64,000 nt of DNA from Phoronis australis (Eukaryota; Animalia; Phoronida). This document shows, one piece after another, positions 1-12,900 of the stretch. The notes under the pieces are model-generated. The model was not told where the DNA came from. It did not search any database and was given only the letters and a program-made list of their open reading frames with translations. Where the stretch lies: contig NMRA01000131.1 of the NCBI GenBank assembly GCA_002633005.1, positions 421,798 through 485,797 on the forward strand, read 5' to 3'. Position 1 is the first letter of the stretch. Every line of letters starts with the position of its first letter. The position numbers and the translations under genes are program-made.

Positions 1-1251
1 ATTTACAAAACAGTGGACTGAGAAAGCTGACTTGGATATTCTCCCCTGGGCATGCCGGAGAAAGCTGACAAGTTAGCAGGAAATGCACCAATACAGTGCG
101 CCCTCAGATTGGGAGAGAGTGAGATTCTTGGAGGATATGGAGAGGTGGAGCCAAAGGAGAAGGGAGATGCAATTGACAGAATGCAGCTGTTTGGATGATA
201 TGAGAGAGGCCGCGGAGTTGATAGCTGGTTGCATGGCCAGGCAAGACGACTGTGTGTCAGAATAAATATTGATTAAGTAATTAGTAAGAATAGATCCATT
301 TTAAGTTGCCCAAAATTTGTTCATATGTACTTTTAAATCATGGGGTCAGACTTGTTGACATTTATTTTAACGTCAAAATCTATTTTTAGATGGTGTTTAC
401 AACTTTGGGTTCTGGGGTCAAAGTATTCTAGAGATTCTAGAATATTCTGAGAACAAATTGTAATAGCCAATAATATGAGTGGATATGATCATGTGGTTTT
501 TATTAGCCAATCACTAAATAAGTGGAATGTTATATTATGGGCTGAAATCACCAAGATAATTAGATGCACTATAGTAGTTGAAGCATAAGGACTTGCTACA
601 GTGTACAGAAGCAATTGTATGACAGAGCCATCTCGTGGAAGATTCTAGAAAGGATCTTGGCAAGGGCAAGGGTTAACGAACAGGAAGTTAACTAAAAGCT
701 TGTCACTTGTATTGTGGGTAGTAAGATACTACCTGAAGTGTTGCGTCATCAGCCCGAGACTGTGACCAGCAAGAAGATTCGCGGGTAGAAGAAATTGCCT
801 GCAAGTGTTGCGTCACCAAAGACGGTGACCAGCAAGTACACTGTCGCTATACAGTGTGTGTAGTTCGAAGATTCACCAACAGGACAGACATCCAACAAGT
901 GGAGAGTCCTAGCTTGGACAGCAGATAAGACATTTGATCGTTTTGGTTGTTTGATTAAAGTAATCTTTAAAGAGGGCTCTAGTGTAGTTACTCTTTGTAG
1001 TTGATTACTTAATTAACAATAGGTTTCATTTGTCTAATTAGGGGTTATCATATAATAAATTAATTACTGGATTTGATTATTCACTCTCCATCTACGCACA
1101 ATCTCAAAGCATAGCTACCTTTTAAACAAACCCACAGTCAAACATCTGACACTGTGTAATCCGCCACTGGTTGGAGTGATTAGTCAAAGGACCTTGTCTG
1201 ACCTGATGGCATGGAAAGCTGAGCATCTATGGGTCTGCCTCGAGTGTGACA
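1..1251. mobile_element. Possible LTR-like element end
   Basis: Compositionally distinct block with internal duplications (AAGTGTTGCGTCA...GTGACCAGCAAG twice), ending ...GTGTGACA. No partner LTR or coding domain is visible. Confidence 0.25.
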
Positions 1252-1319
1252 ACACTGGTTCTGCACCCAAGTTATACCCAAGTAATGCAAAATATTTACA
1301 ATCAAACCTTGTACCAGTG

Positions 1320-1985
1320 ATAAAAATACATGTCTCACAAGCTCATTACACGAAATGAAAAGGAGACCGAGGCTGTTGAAATAAGATCATTTATAATAAC
1401 AGTTAGAATATAAATACAAAGAATAGGGATGAAAATAAAATATAACATGTAAAAAATAATAACCTTTGGTAAGATGGGCAATAAAAAAACAACACATAGG
1501 TACGACCATATGCCAAAAGTAATCTGGCAGGTAGAGGGTGAGTAAAATTAACGAGTGTTTGGACACGTACTATCTGTGAAGGTGACACAAGGAAATTGAA
1601 CTGAAACGTGTGAGATAACAAACAATATATAGACATGTGACAATCATCAGCCTGTTGTGACAATCATCAGCCTGTGAGAGCAAGAACTGACCAAACCCAT
1701 GACGTGACAACATGGACCAATAAGAAGGTTGGGAATAAATATCTTAACCATAGCCCTGGACAAAGGAATAACTGGATCATTCCAAATAGAGGAAAAAGGG
1801 GTGTGAAAGGTAAGATCCATCTACACACTCCTATCAATACAATTATTTAACACGTGAAATATCATTTGTGATCAAGATAATTGTGTACCAACAATAAAAA
1901 TATATGCGTCACTAGAGATCAGGAGACCAAGTTTGGCGAAATAGGGTCACTAAAATGACAAAATAAGATGGGCAGTAAAAAAGCA
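1320..1985 (+). repeat. Interspersed repeat; inverted copy at about 13050-13640
   Basis: Shared blocks such as ATGAAAAGGAGACCGAGG and GTGACAATCATCAGCC occur as reverse complements at 13062-13080 and 13323-13339. Confidence 0.7.
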
Positions 1986-2359
1986 CCACAAGAGAAATTG
2001 AAAACACAGCTAATGTCCATTACTATGCATGACCAAGTTCGGAACATCGTATCTTAGCAATTGATCATCGGATTCCCATGAAACTTGCAGATACCACGGT
2101 GACACTTTATACAAAGTTCTCTACTTTTATCAGAAATAGTACTTTTGTGATTTTTATGAAAAACTCAAAATTTGCACAAAACGAAAAAATTTTAACAGAA
2201 TTTCTACAATTTTATGTTGAAAATTAATAGCAAACGAAATTTACCCAGTTCTTGATACCATTGTTTTCCTGTGAATGTACCTCATTTGTTTTTTGTTTAA
2301 GTTTGCTAACAACATATGGTCACATGACTTAATTAATGTCACATTGGTAAAAAGTTAAA

Positions 2360-2667
2360 AATCAAAATCTATATGCTTTCAACTTGCAGAATATATTACA
2401 TTATGTTTAATGTTACTGAATCAAAATCTGTATGCTTTCAACTTGCAGAATATATTACATTATGTTTAATGTTACTGAATCAAATTCTATATGCTTTCAA
2501 CTTGCAGAATATATTACATTATGTTTAATGTTACTGAATCAAAATCTGTATGCTTTCAACTTGCAGAATATATTACATTATGTTTAATGTTATTGAATCA
2601 AAATCTATATGCTTTCAACTTGCAGAATATATTACATTATGTTTAATGTTATTGAATCAAAATCTAT
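2360..2667. repeat. Minisatellite, about 59-bp unit x5
   Basis: AATCAAAATCTATATGCTTTCAACTTGCAGAATATATTACATTATGTTTAATGTTACTG repeated. Confidence 0.95.
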
Positions 2668-3839
2668 TGTTTTGCTAATTACACAGACTTGTCTGTAAGT
2701 TCCTGCATAACTTTAATTATAATTTGCATTATGATGACCAATATCAAGATCAAAGGAGGTTTTGAATTATGTGGTTGTAGTGCAAGAGACGACAGTCAGG
2801 AACTTCAGACTTCTGATATCCAGCTGCACAACACTTACTACAGATCAGACCCGTGAAATCAGCAATCACACCCAACTACTTGTCAGGTCATCTCGTGCAA
2901 AATTTCCACAAGGCCATCCCTTAAATGACAAATTTGGGATTCTCCGATTGCGGAGGTATAGTTATGTAGTAGTATTTAGTTATGTTTAAAATAATGTTCG
3001 CGGCTTTTGTTTCAACAACATGGTTCCATAGCTGAAACGTATTGTATCATTAGTCATGTTAACACGAGATGGGTCACGTTCATGACGTACTGGCTTTTGG
3101 AATTCATAATTTAAAGTGAACATCAAACTTTTGTAAAGTGTACCGGAAGCCTGACTTGTCCTGATGGAGCTCTGAATAGGATGGATACCCATTGTACCTC
3201 TTAGGAATGGTGCATATTTAGTGAAACCGTAGCATACAAAAGCAAAAAATGTCCCCCAGCAGCAGCAGCAGCAGCAGCAAGGTCCTCAAGGACTAAGAAA
3301 ACATCCCTTTACAGTGAGGTAAAATTATGTCTGCAACCCACTTACGTAAAGTGTAAAGCTTGACACGTGACTCGTTGATTGGAAGGAGGTTACCACTCAA
3401 TCAGCAAGTGTATCATGCTGAGACAGTAACGTTGTCTGTTCTATAATTCAACATCAAGTAGTATCACTACACCACCATATACAGACCGTAAGTTTCTGCA
3501 GACAAGCTCGAGACGCACCTTTGGAAAATATCAGTTTAGGGACCAGAGGTCAAATCCAAACATACACCTAAGGCACGTATTTAGAAGTAACCAATATATA
3601 CTGTAGGTGGCACACAAATTGAAAGCAAGAATTTTAACAAACAACATTGACGATGTATGATTGTTTACAGGTCAAATAACAGTTTATAGTTGAAAACTAT
3701 TTTAGGATTCAACCATGCACATTTTCCCCAAATGTATGCCTTGGGTGTATCTGTGGAAAATGATTCTTATATAAACCATTGGGTGATGTGCTTGTCCAAA
3801 GAAAACGCCAGTAACACTGAATATTAATGTGACCCTTAC

Positions 3840-3962
3840 CTTCATACCTTCCCATCTGGACACAGCCCGTAAAGGTCTGAGTGCACGCAGAGTCCTCATT
3901 GCCTTCATTGCAGCAATGTTGCCCAAATTCATGGCTTCCATGGTTAAGCCAACAATAGAGAT
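3840..3962 (-). CDS. Nav1: Nav1 DIII S3-S4 exon ([41 protein letters not shown])
   Basis: TTTTCAG acceptor, AAG|GTAAGG donor, 123 nt. Confidence 0.96.
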
Positions 3963-6900
3963 CTGAAAAGAGGCCACTCAGGTTAATTGCAAGATGACAC
4001 TAGTGAACCACAACATCTCACCAGGGTTTTCAAACACAAGTGAAATTTCTGTTGCGTACGCTAAGATTTCTCACCACAAGCATCTCATGCCAAGTGTTAT
4101 GCAAAAAATTGGCAAAAACTGACACCAACAATGACAGTCTAATTGGTGATACATAAATTTTAACAACAGTTAAACTTAAATTCATTTGATAATTACGCCA
4201 ACAATGACCAAGTCTAACTGATCATACTCTTATCGCGACAATTAAAAAGTCTAACCGGTTACTTCAGGGCTTGGAATGACCAATGACAAAAAACGCGGAA
4301 ACTTTTACGGCCCAAATCATGCCCGATAACCAGCCTTGAAATGGTCAATGTGAACCTTTCCCCGACAAAAATCGGGAGGACTAAAAAAAAAAAACGTTAC
4401 CACCATCAGTAGCATGCGTCTGCATCCTTTTAGCTCGTCCGTCCACTTCCAACCCACACATTTTTGGCTGCAGAGCGGTAGTATTTGTCGCCGCGCTTAA
4501 CAATAACACGAGACGCCATTGAAAATCCCACCACGATGTCCCAGATGCCCCGGCAATGTTGACAATTTACGTTCCTCCGAAACATAAAGAGCAACTTCCG
4601 CTTTTTGAGGTGAACGTAGTTTGCAACGCCGCGGTAAGAAAGGAATTTGCCGCGGAAATTTTATATCAAATCCGATTTTTTTACGCGGAAATATCATAAA
4701 AAAAGCGGAAAGCACATTTGAAAAAAGCGGAAATCCGCGTTTCCGTGGAAAATTCCAAGCCCTGTTACTTACACCAACGATGATAAAGTCTATCTGGTCA
4801 TAGATTTATTCCAATAATGACAAAGTCTATCTGGTCATAGACTTATTCCAATAATGACAAAGTCTAACTGGTCATACACTTATTCCAACAATGACTAAGT
4901 CTATCTGGTCATAGACTTATTCCAACAATGACAAAGTCCAACTGGTCGTACACTCATTCCAACAATGACAAAGTCTAACTGGTCAACAATGACAAAGTCT
5001 AACTGGTCGTACACTCATTCCAACAATGACAAAGTCTAACTGGCCATACACTCATTCCAACAATGACAAAGTCTAACTGGTCAACACTCATACCAACAAT
5101 GACAAAGTCTAACTGGTCACACACTCATACCAACAATGACTAAGTCTAACTGGTCAACACTCATACCAACAATGACTAAGTCTAACTGGTCATACACTTA
5201 TTCCAATGACAAAGTCTAACTGGTCAACACTCATACCAACAATGACTAAGTCTAACTGGTCATACACTTATTCCAATGACAAAGTCTAACTGGTCACACA
5301 CTCATTCCAACAATGACTAAGTCTAACTGGTCATACACTCTTTCCAACAATGACAAAGTGTTACAGGTGACTTACGCCAACAATGATAAAGTCAAGCCAG
5401 CACCAGCCATCCGTGAAATAAAACTTGAAACCAAAGGCAAGCCACTTGATCAACATCTCCAGGATGAATACGATAGTAAAGAACTTGTCAAAGTAATACA
5501 GGACGTCCATCAATGTTGGCCTTTCTTCAAGGTAAATATCTTCACAAGCCTGCAATATCAGTTGACTAGTGATAGAAGCTGACATTTTCAGAATGATCAA
5601 CATTTATTAGGTCTTTACCATTATTCAAGGTAGATGTTTTCACACAATCTTAGTCATATTACAGTAGTGTTAGAGATTGACGGATTCAAGATGTCATTTA
5701 TTGGGACATAGGTCAGAGATTTGAATATAATTCAAAATTATAAGTTGGGATATTACACAGTTTCTGTGGAGTCATGTTAAGATTTAAGCAAAGACCAGTA
5801 TGAAGAGTGACTTTGGAAGCTAAGATGCAACTCCAGGAGAACAGGTGATTAATTGACTTCAAAAGTCATTGCTTCAGTTTTCTTAAGGCAAGGAAAATAG
5901 TACAAATTTCCACACTTATGCAGAGTTATCTTAGGAGGATTTAACCCCCTCCTCAATAAATGAGCAAAATCTAAGGCCAAAACACGACACTATTTTTAGA
6001 CTACCAAAATCCCACAGCACATATGAACATAGTTCCAAACTTGTGAATAAAGCTCACAGGCTGGTAAACTCAAGACATTGACTGACACACTTGTTCGTGT
6101 AATCACAAAAACACAGCTTACATACCCAGCAAGCACTGCTCACGGATTAAACATCCAATAGCAAACACATGCACCAGTAAACACCGCCCACAAACTTTTT
6201 GCTACTCATCCGTATTTGTTAATGAATGTGAGTCTGTGAGTGCATAAGCCATGCTTATTTAGTGTCAGTATGAGTCTACAAGTCTATGAACTGAGTTTAC
6301 AGCACCATGAGCATTGCTCATAACTAAAGAGCTATGTTGTACTTAAGTATCAGTCCACGGATCCACCGACCACTGTACAGCCAACAAGCGGCAAGGTGGG
6401 GGGTCAGCCATTCAGATCCATGTTTAGCCTGATAAATCACATTAGAGATGAGAGAAATTGGGTGAAGTATGACGCCACAAAGTTTGGTGGTTTAGGAGAT
6501 ACAAGGGAAGTGTTCTTGGNTACTTAAGAGCGAAAGCTGTGTAGTTTTGGCAGCCTGTATTTGTACCAACTAAAAAGGTTAGTATATAATGGTGTGATGT
6601 GGCACGCAAACTATGATTCCCAAATAACAAACAGTTGTAGGAGCCCTAATCTGAGAAGGTTTGTCAGATGGGCCCATCAAGAATGACAAAACCCTTGTGA
6701 ATAAAATCATAGATAGGCTACTGACCAAGGATAGTTGGTTTACATAGCAACTGAATTAACAGGCTCAAATGGTATCATCAGATAATACCCTATAATGACT
6801 AGAACAAAACAGCCCAGTTGACACAGCCAGCTCTAACAACAGTACAAGTTGCCTCAACTTTGGGGTTAGTCTATTGGCAGCTCACTCTACCCAAACCCAA

Positions 6901-9900
6901 AAGCTGTGATACTGAGACAGGCTACAGTCTATCAAGATGACTCACCAGTGCCCCACTACTCATCAGGATACAAATGATGATGAACGTTTCAAAGTAGTTG
7001 TGTTCCACCAGTAACTTGGCTTGACAGCGCAGCCAGTAGAACCGCCTATAGAAGGCAGACTGGAATACACTTTCACAACGGTTGCCTGGCCGACAGCAAA
7101 AGGCGGGTAAACAGTCCTCGGGTTGTTTCAGATAGATGACTTCCACCTCGTTGATGGGCGGTCCATGCTCGGACGTGTTCTCAATGGGCACCGCCACATC
7201 CCCGTTGGTGGAGTGAACCAGTGATGTCTCGCTGGCATTTCTTGTCGGAGCCTCATGACACTGAGCATAGAATTGAAACCACAAGTTACAAAACGGTTGA
7301 CTATGATATCACAGGCGTTATAGTGAGAAGAAGTCCCACACAAGAGCCATTAAAAGACCAACGTGGAGCGTTGAAATGCGCCCACGACTGCACCGCAAAC
7401 ATTGTGCTTCTAAGAGACGGTGTTTATTTGTATCATAAAAATGTCCATTAGATGGCTCAGAATACATTGAACAATGAACCCATCCAAATATGGGAAGGTG
7501 TAGTCGTCTCTCAAAATTATTTGCCAAATTTTATGAAAATCTGTCATAGAACTCTAAAGACACAAAGGCAAACGTAAATTAAATAAAACAAACTTCATTA
7601 GGAACCACAGCTGCAGTAGTCAAATCTATCCACCTGCCTTCAAGTTAAAAGTGCAAAATTTCAAAAACATCTTGCATCTTAGGAGATACAGCCGTAGATG
7701 CAAGGGGGCACCACAGTAGACGGACCTGTTTGAAAATCTACATCAATCATGCTCTTGTCCGTAGGAACACATCTGACAATTTTCATAATGTTTCTCTATG
7801 CTGTTTGGCAGATACAGAAGAAAACAACAAAAAAAATAAAACATATCAATTAAAATGGCCACCAGTTGGTAGAGAATACGTCGAATCCAACACAAAATGG
7901 AAAGAACCTGTCGTCTTACTCATAGAAATTTGTTTGCCTAATTTCACCACGAAGCATCAAGAAGTTACAGAGGCAAACGTAAAAAATAAAATTGCCACTA
8001 GGGAGCACAACTGTAGTTGAATTGGTCTGAAGCTGGTCCTCAACTGTTGCCATCTCCATAGGAACACATCTGCTAAATTTCAGAAAGATCTTGCACAGGG
8101 TAAAGGAGATACAGCCGTGGACACAAAAAAAAATTAAATTGCCACTAGAGGGTGCCAGAGTAGTTGAACATGCCTGAAAATCAACGTCAGCCTTGGTGTT
8201 CTCAACACGAACACATCTCCAAATTTTAATAATGATTCAAGTGGTTTGGTGGACGAAGTGGGTGATGTCAAAAACGTAAACTACTCAAATTATTTTTAAA
8301 TGGCCACCGAGTAGCGCAGAATAGGTCAAATCTGCCCAAAAATGAGAAGGCCTCATCATCTCCTTAATAGAAAACTATTTGCAAAATTTCATGATAATAA
8401 AAACAGCCACTATATGTCAAATCTATCTACAAATGGGAACCTGTCGACTCTATAATAAAAACCTAATGTTCCTGAAGTACAAAAACATGCATTTTTAATG
8501 TAATTAAACTAGTTTATGAATAAAGTCTATATCAGAAATCACATCTTTGTGATTCGTTCAAATTTTTGTAAAAAGTAATATTTTTCCAATGTTAATTTCT
8601 ATTGCTTAATACGCATCTGATGTCACTGAGGCTGTAGCGTGGGTGAAGGCAATAAGGTGAATCAAGCTTATTTTGTATATAGCTCATTGACTACAGAACT
8701 GTGCTTAATGTGTAACTTGTCTACGATCTCGGTTCTCAAAAGTTCACAATACAAGTTTACTGCGGCAGCCGTGTAATGTTGACTATTAGTGGAATGATGC
8801 CATTTTACATCATGCCAGGCCGGGGGCCCACCTGCGTAGCCTTGCCTTGGTGCAAAGCTGTAAATATAGAACCGTTGCGTCGAAGTGGCTAAAAACTGAT
8901 CAAGTAAAATATGACACAAAATTAGTGTCTTCCTTAAGTAAACTAAATTATTTACCCGTGTTAAGAAAATTGGCATTCTACCATTGACTCTGTTGCTAAA
9001 ATTGGGGTGGCTCTTTTGGATCAGCTTGATGGCCAGTTTCGTTCCCCGAGTTCTTCTTCCAAGTGCAAACGATCGAACTGCTCTTCTCTTCCACGAAGTT
9101 GTGAACATGTCACAACAAATTATTTGAACTGGTTTTATTTCAATTGAAGTTTTTTGTATTTTAATACCAGCAAACTTAATTTCAGAACAAATTTTTCTCC
9201 TGCTAAGCTGTCATCATCTCCCCAGATGTCACAAAATTTTAGGAAATGGCGTATGCGAGTGTCACGAGCATACTGTTTTCGAAGCGACGACTGACTTTTC
9301 TTAGTTACAAAAGGTGGAGAATTATGTGAGAAGATGACGTTTATTGCTTTTCACTTAAACGGTTCCAGCAGGCACTGAGGTGAGTGTCGGTTGACACCTA
9401 GATTTTGCATACACCCCTGCCACTTTATAGCTCTACATGTTGATATAAGTTTTACGATGAGGTGACGAGCAGAACTACCCGGACTGGGTGAAATTTTCAG
9501 GGTCTAACAGAGCTCAACACGCAGTGGTACTGATACCTAGCTGTATTTTCACAATAGTCTGCATACAGCTAGCTGGCTGGCTAGGCCCCGGGATGAACCA
9601 GCATTACAGGGAAGAGAAATACAAAAGGCTGTGAGTATGCACAGGCTTATCTGTTGACTGGAATATGTACTCACACTGTCAATGACCTATATATCTTTGT
9701 GCTGTACAGCCTAAGTGACGTCACAAGAAACAGCGCTCGCAGTTGGGCTTTACGGAACTAATAAACTTTTATTTTTCAAAGTATGTCAGTAACTAACCTT
9801 TATAGTTTCAAAATTCATACTAAAATGCTTAAACACGTAGTTCAGCTAGGTCTCTTTTAAAGTTCATAAAAATCTGCCAAGGAGTTTCAAAGATACAGTG

Positions 9901-12900
9901 GACAAATTAGGGGGCATAACAGCTGTCGGATCCATCCAGATGTCATTGTTGTCCATTCTCAAATACTTTTTCCAGTTTTAATAAAAATCCTGAAGAGGGT
10001 TTGGGGATATACAGCCATAGTTGCAAAAAAACTGCCACTAGGAGGCACCACAGTAGTCTGAGCCGTCTTCTTCACAGCAAAAACATAAACACCAACTTTC
10101 AAAATAATACTTAGAGTGGATTGGTTGACAAAGAGGCAGACGCCAAAAACAGACTTGAAAATAGTAAAAATGGCCACTAAATGGTGCAAAATACCTGAAA
10201 TCCATCCAAAAACGGGAGGATAGCATCATCTCACTAACAGATGCCTATCCGTCAAATTTTATGAAAATCCGTCACAAACCTTAAGTTTGAAGACACAGAG
10301 GCATATATAAAAAATAAAGTTGTCTCTAGGGTACACACCTGCATGTGGATCTGTCCGAAACTTCGCTCATGCCGTCCCATCTATGAAAGGGACACATAAT
10401 TATGCAAAATTTCATGGACACAATCAAAGGGTTTTGCAGATAAGGCAGCGGACGACAGACGGACGGACGGACAGACGGACAGATGGACAAGGATGATGGC
10501 ACAATGCACCCATATATAAATATGTGGGCACATAAAAGTGCAGCAGATTGAAAAATAAAGACTGTCGACACAAAGTCCCATTTCTGATGTTTGAAAGAAG
10601 TCTGAGAATGCAACTTGTATGACTTGCAGTTATCAAAGTTTGCATTGCAAACAATCTACACAACTAGCGCTAACTCGTGAGGTGACCATTCGAGGTTGTG
10701 CAATCCGGAAGTGGAGTAGCGTTTCATTTTGCAGACATAATCGCTGACATCAGAGATCTGAAATTGTCCCCATTCGCACTTGCGGTATAATCCGTGATTC
10801 CTTGACGTAAGGGACATGCGCCCCTTGCCAGTCAACACCTTCTCGGCACCCCGGTCAGTCATCAAAGGCTCTTTGGTGCACACCCCGGTCAGTAGCTATG
10901 CGACCCTCCCCCTCCCAGGTTAATAGTTGCCTAACGCCCACCCCCCACTGGTCGACACCTGTTTGTGCCCCCCACTTACAGTCAGCTAACACTCCCCCTT
11001 CTGATATCTTTTTGGTGCGCCACCTCCGATTTACACCTGTTTGGTGTCCCCGGGCACCCATGTGGGGCCCTCTCGGCTGCCTCCTTTACGCTGGCGCACG
11101 GGAACAGCTGCCCTTCCCTGACCCCCACTTGCTACGCCACAGTTCACCATACCAACTAGGACACAAAGCCCACAGTCTGACCACCCCTCAAACTGTAATA
11201 GACTATTCTGAGACGCAAGGGATCAACTGGTCAAGGGGAGTGATCAAAGGTAAACTTGAACGAAAACCACAAAGTTTGGGGCTTGCCATGGTGTAAACTA
11301 CGTTGCGAATACAAACGTTGATGACAGCATGTAGATAGGCAGTCATTTTTATGACGCTTAGCTACACAACGCAAAACACCCGGAAGAGCCTCCAGCGCTA
11401 CGACCAAAAATCGTTTGTAATTACGGTTAGTTACCGAATAAAAGAGAATAACGATTGCGCTTAATGAAATGAAGACAGTTGCAATGATACCTGTCAGAGA
11501 GAATACAGCCTACCACTACAACTATTATTAAAATCTCTTGGTCTATTTACACCAAACCTCTAGTCTATATACACTGTCACGACGTTTCGGTCGGTCTCTT
11601 CTCCTGCCGTAGTTGTAATACGCCACCACCTCAGAGCGGTTTTAGGAAGTCAGCCTACCACTAGTCCATATACACTGTACACAGTAATACAGCCTACCAC
11701 CAGTCAGTGTACACTGTACACAGTAATATAGCCTACCATTAGTCCGTGTACACTGTACACAGTAATACAGCCTACCACCAATCTGTGTACAGTGTACACA
11801 GAAATACAGCCTACCAGCAGTCTGTCTAACCTAGTATATACAATAATACAACCCAGCAGTCCATCTACACCAAATACAATAATACAACCTACCAGCAATC
11901 CGTCTACACTGTCCACCTTTGTACCACCAATGATGCTCTCCTGGACACTTCCATTACTGACCACCCCCTGCTGATCTGTCTTGCCACCGTCCACCTTACA
12001 CAACACTGCATCTCCACCGTCCACCTTACACAACACTGCATCTCCACCATTCACATCAACTCTATTTGGTGTCAACTCAACACTCAAGTTGTCTTTTGAG
12101 TTCTTCTTCCTGCTGAATGTCTGCCGAGCAAGTCTGATGACATTTCTTTTGATCCATTCAAACAGGCGCGAGAAACGACCGATGGCCATGGCCAGTTTGT
12201 TGGGTTCACCACTGTCTCCTGTTGGCTGCATGCTGTCTGCACTGAATGAGTTTAACAGCAGTGCCAAGAACAGATTCAATACCTAAAAGTAGTGCATGTA
12301 TACAGGGTTAAAACAGACACTTATCTCTCTCCATTCCGTACCTTACTTAAGAGTACACTAGAATTTTCTGCATCACAGTCACTTAGTGTGTGGGAAAATT
12401 AAAAAGTGTGACCAAACAAACATTTCCAAAATAACTGTCTAACTCCTTCCATGGGTCTTTGGTTACAAGAAATAATTTTGTTCTCTCAGACTTGTAATTA
12501 AACCAAGAATAAAATAAAATGTCGAAAAAATAAAAAACAGTAAAGCGCTTCCCATTTAAAAAGGGACTTTCCCATTTTGTCCCAAACTGAAATGTAATAT
12601 TACAGTCATTAAAGTCATTAAATATCAACATTTTGTCTTTAAATTTGGTTTGTAATCGACCATTACCCCCTCCTTAATGCATTTCAAGTTCTACTTTTGA
12701 AAAACTCCATTTAGTCTTCCGTTAATTAGTCATTGAAATTTGCGTGCGTAAGTCACCAAATATGTTATCACTGGTTTCTTTCAAATTCTATTAACCTAAT
12801 TACAAGCAAAATCATTTAATATGGCAAACAGAGCTCATCCCATATTCCTAAATTCTTTGGTTTATTCCACTCTAGAATGAGTTGGACAAGATCCGTTCCT

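Noticed and set aside
1-3839. Assignment of a complete DEKA selectivity filter
   Set aside because: Only the DI (D) and DII (E) pore loops are in the window; the Nav1 call rests on the TQDYWE/EWIES context and linker motifs.
1-5375. Twin of the DIII S3-S4 exon (insect para k/l-type duplication)
   Set aside because: Only one copy was found by eye; a twin beyond the window start cannot be excluded.
7168-7197. [10 protein letters not shown] resembling the chordate ankyrin-G anchor motif VPIAxxESD
   Set aside because: The critical ESD is missing, and the motif sits much closer to the PEDC motif than the true anchor does; probably a chance match.
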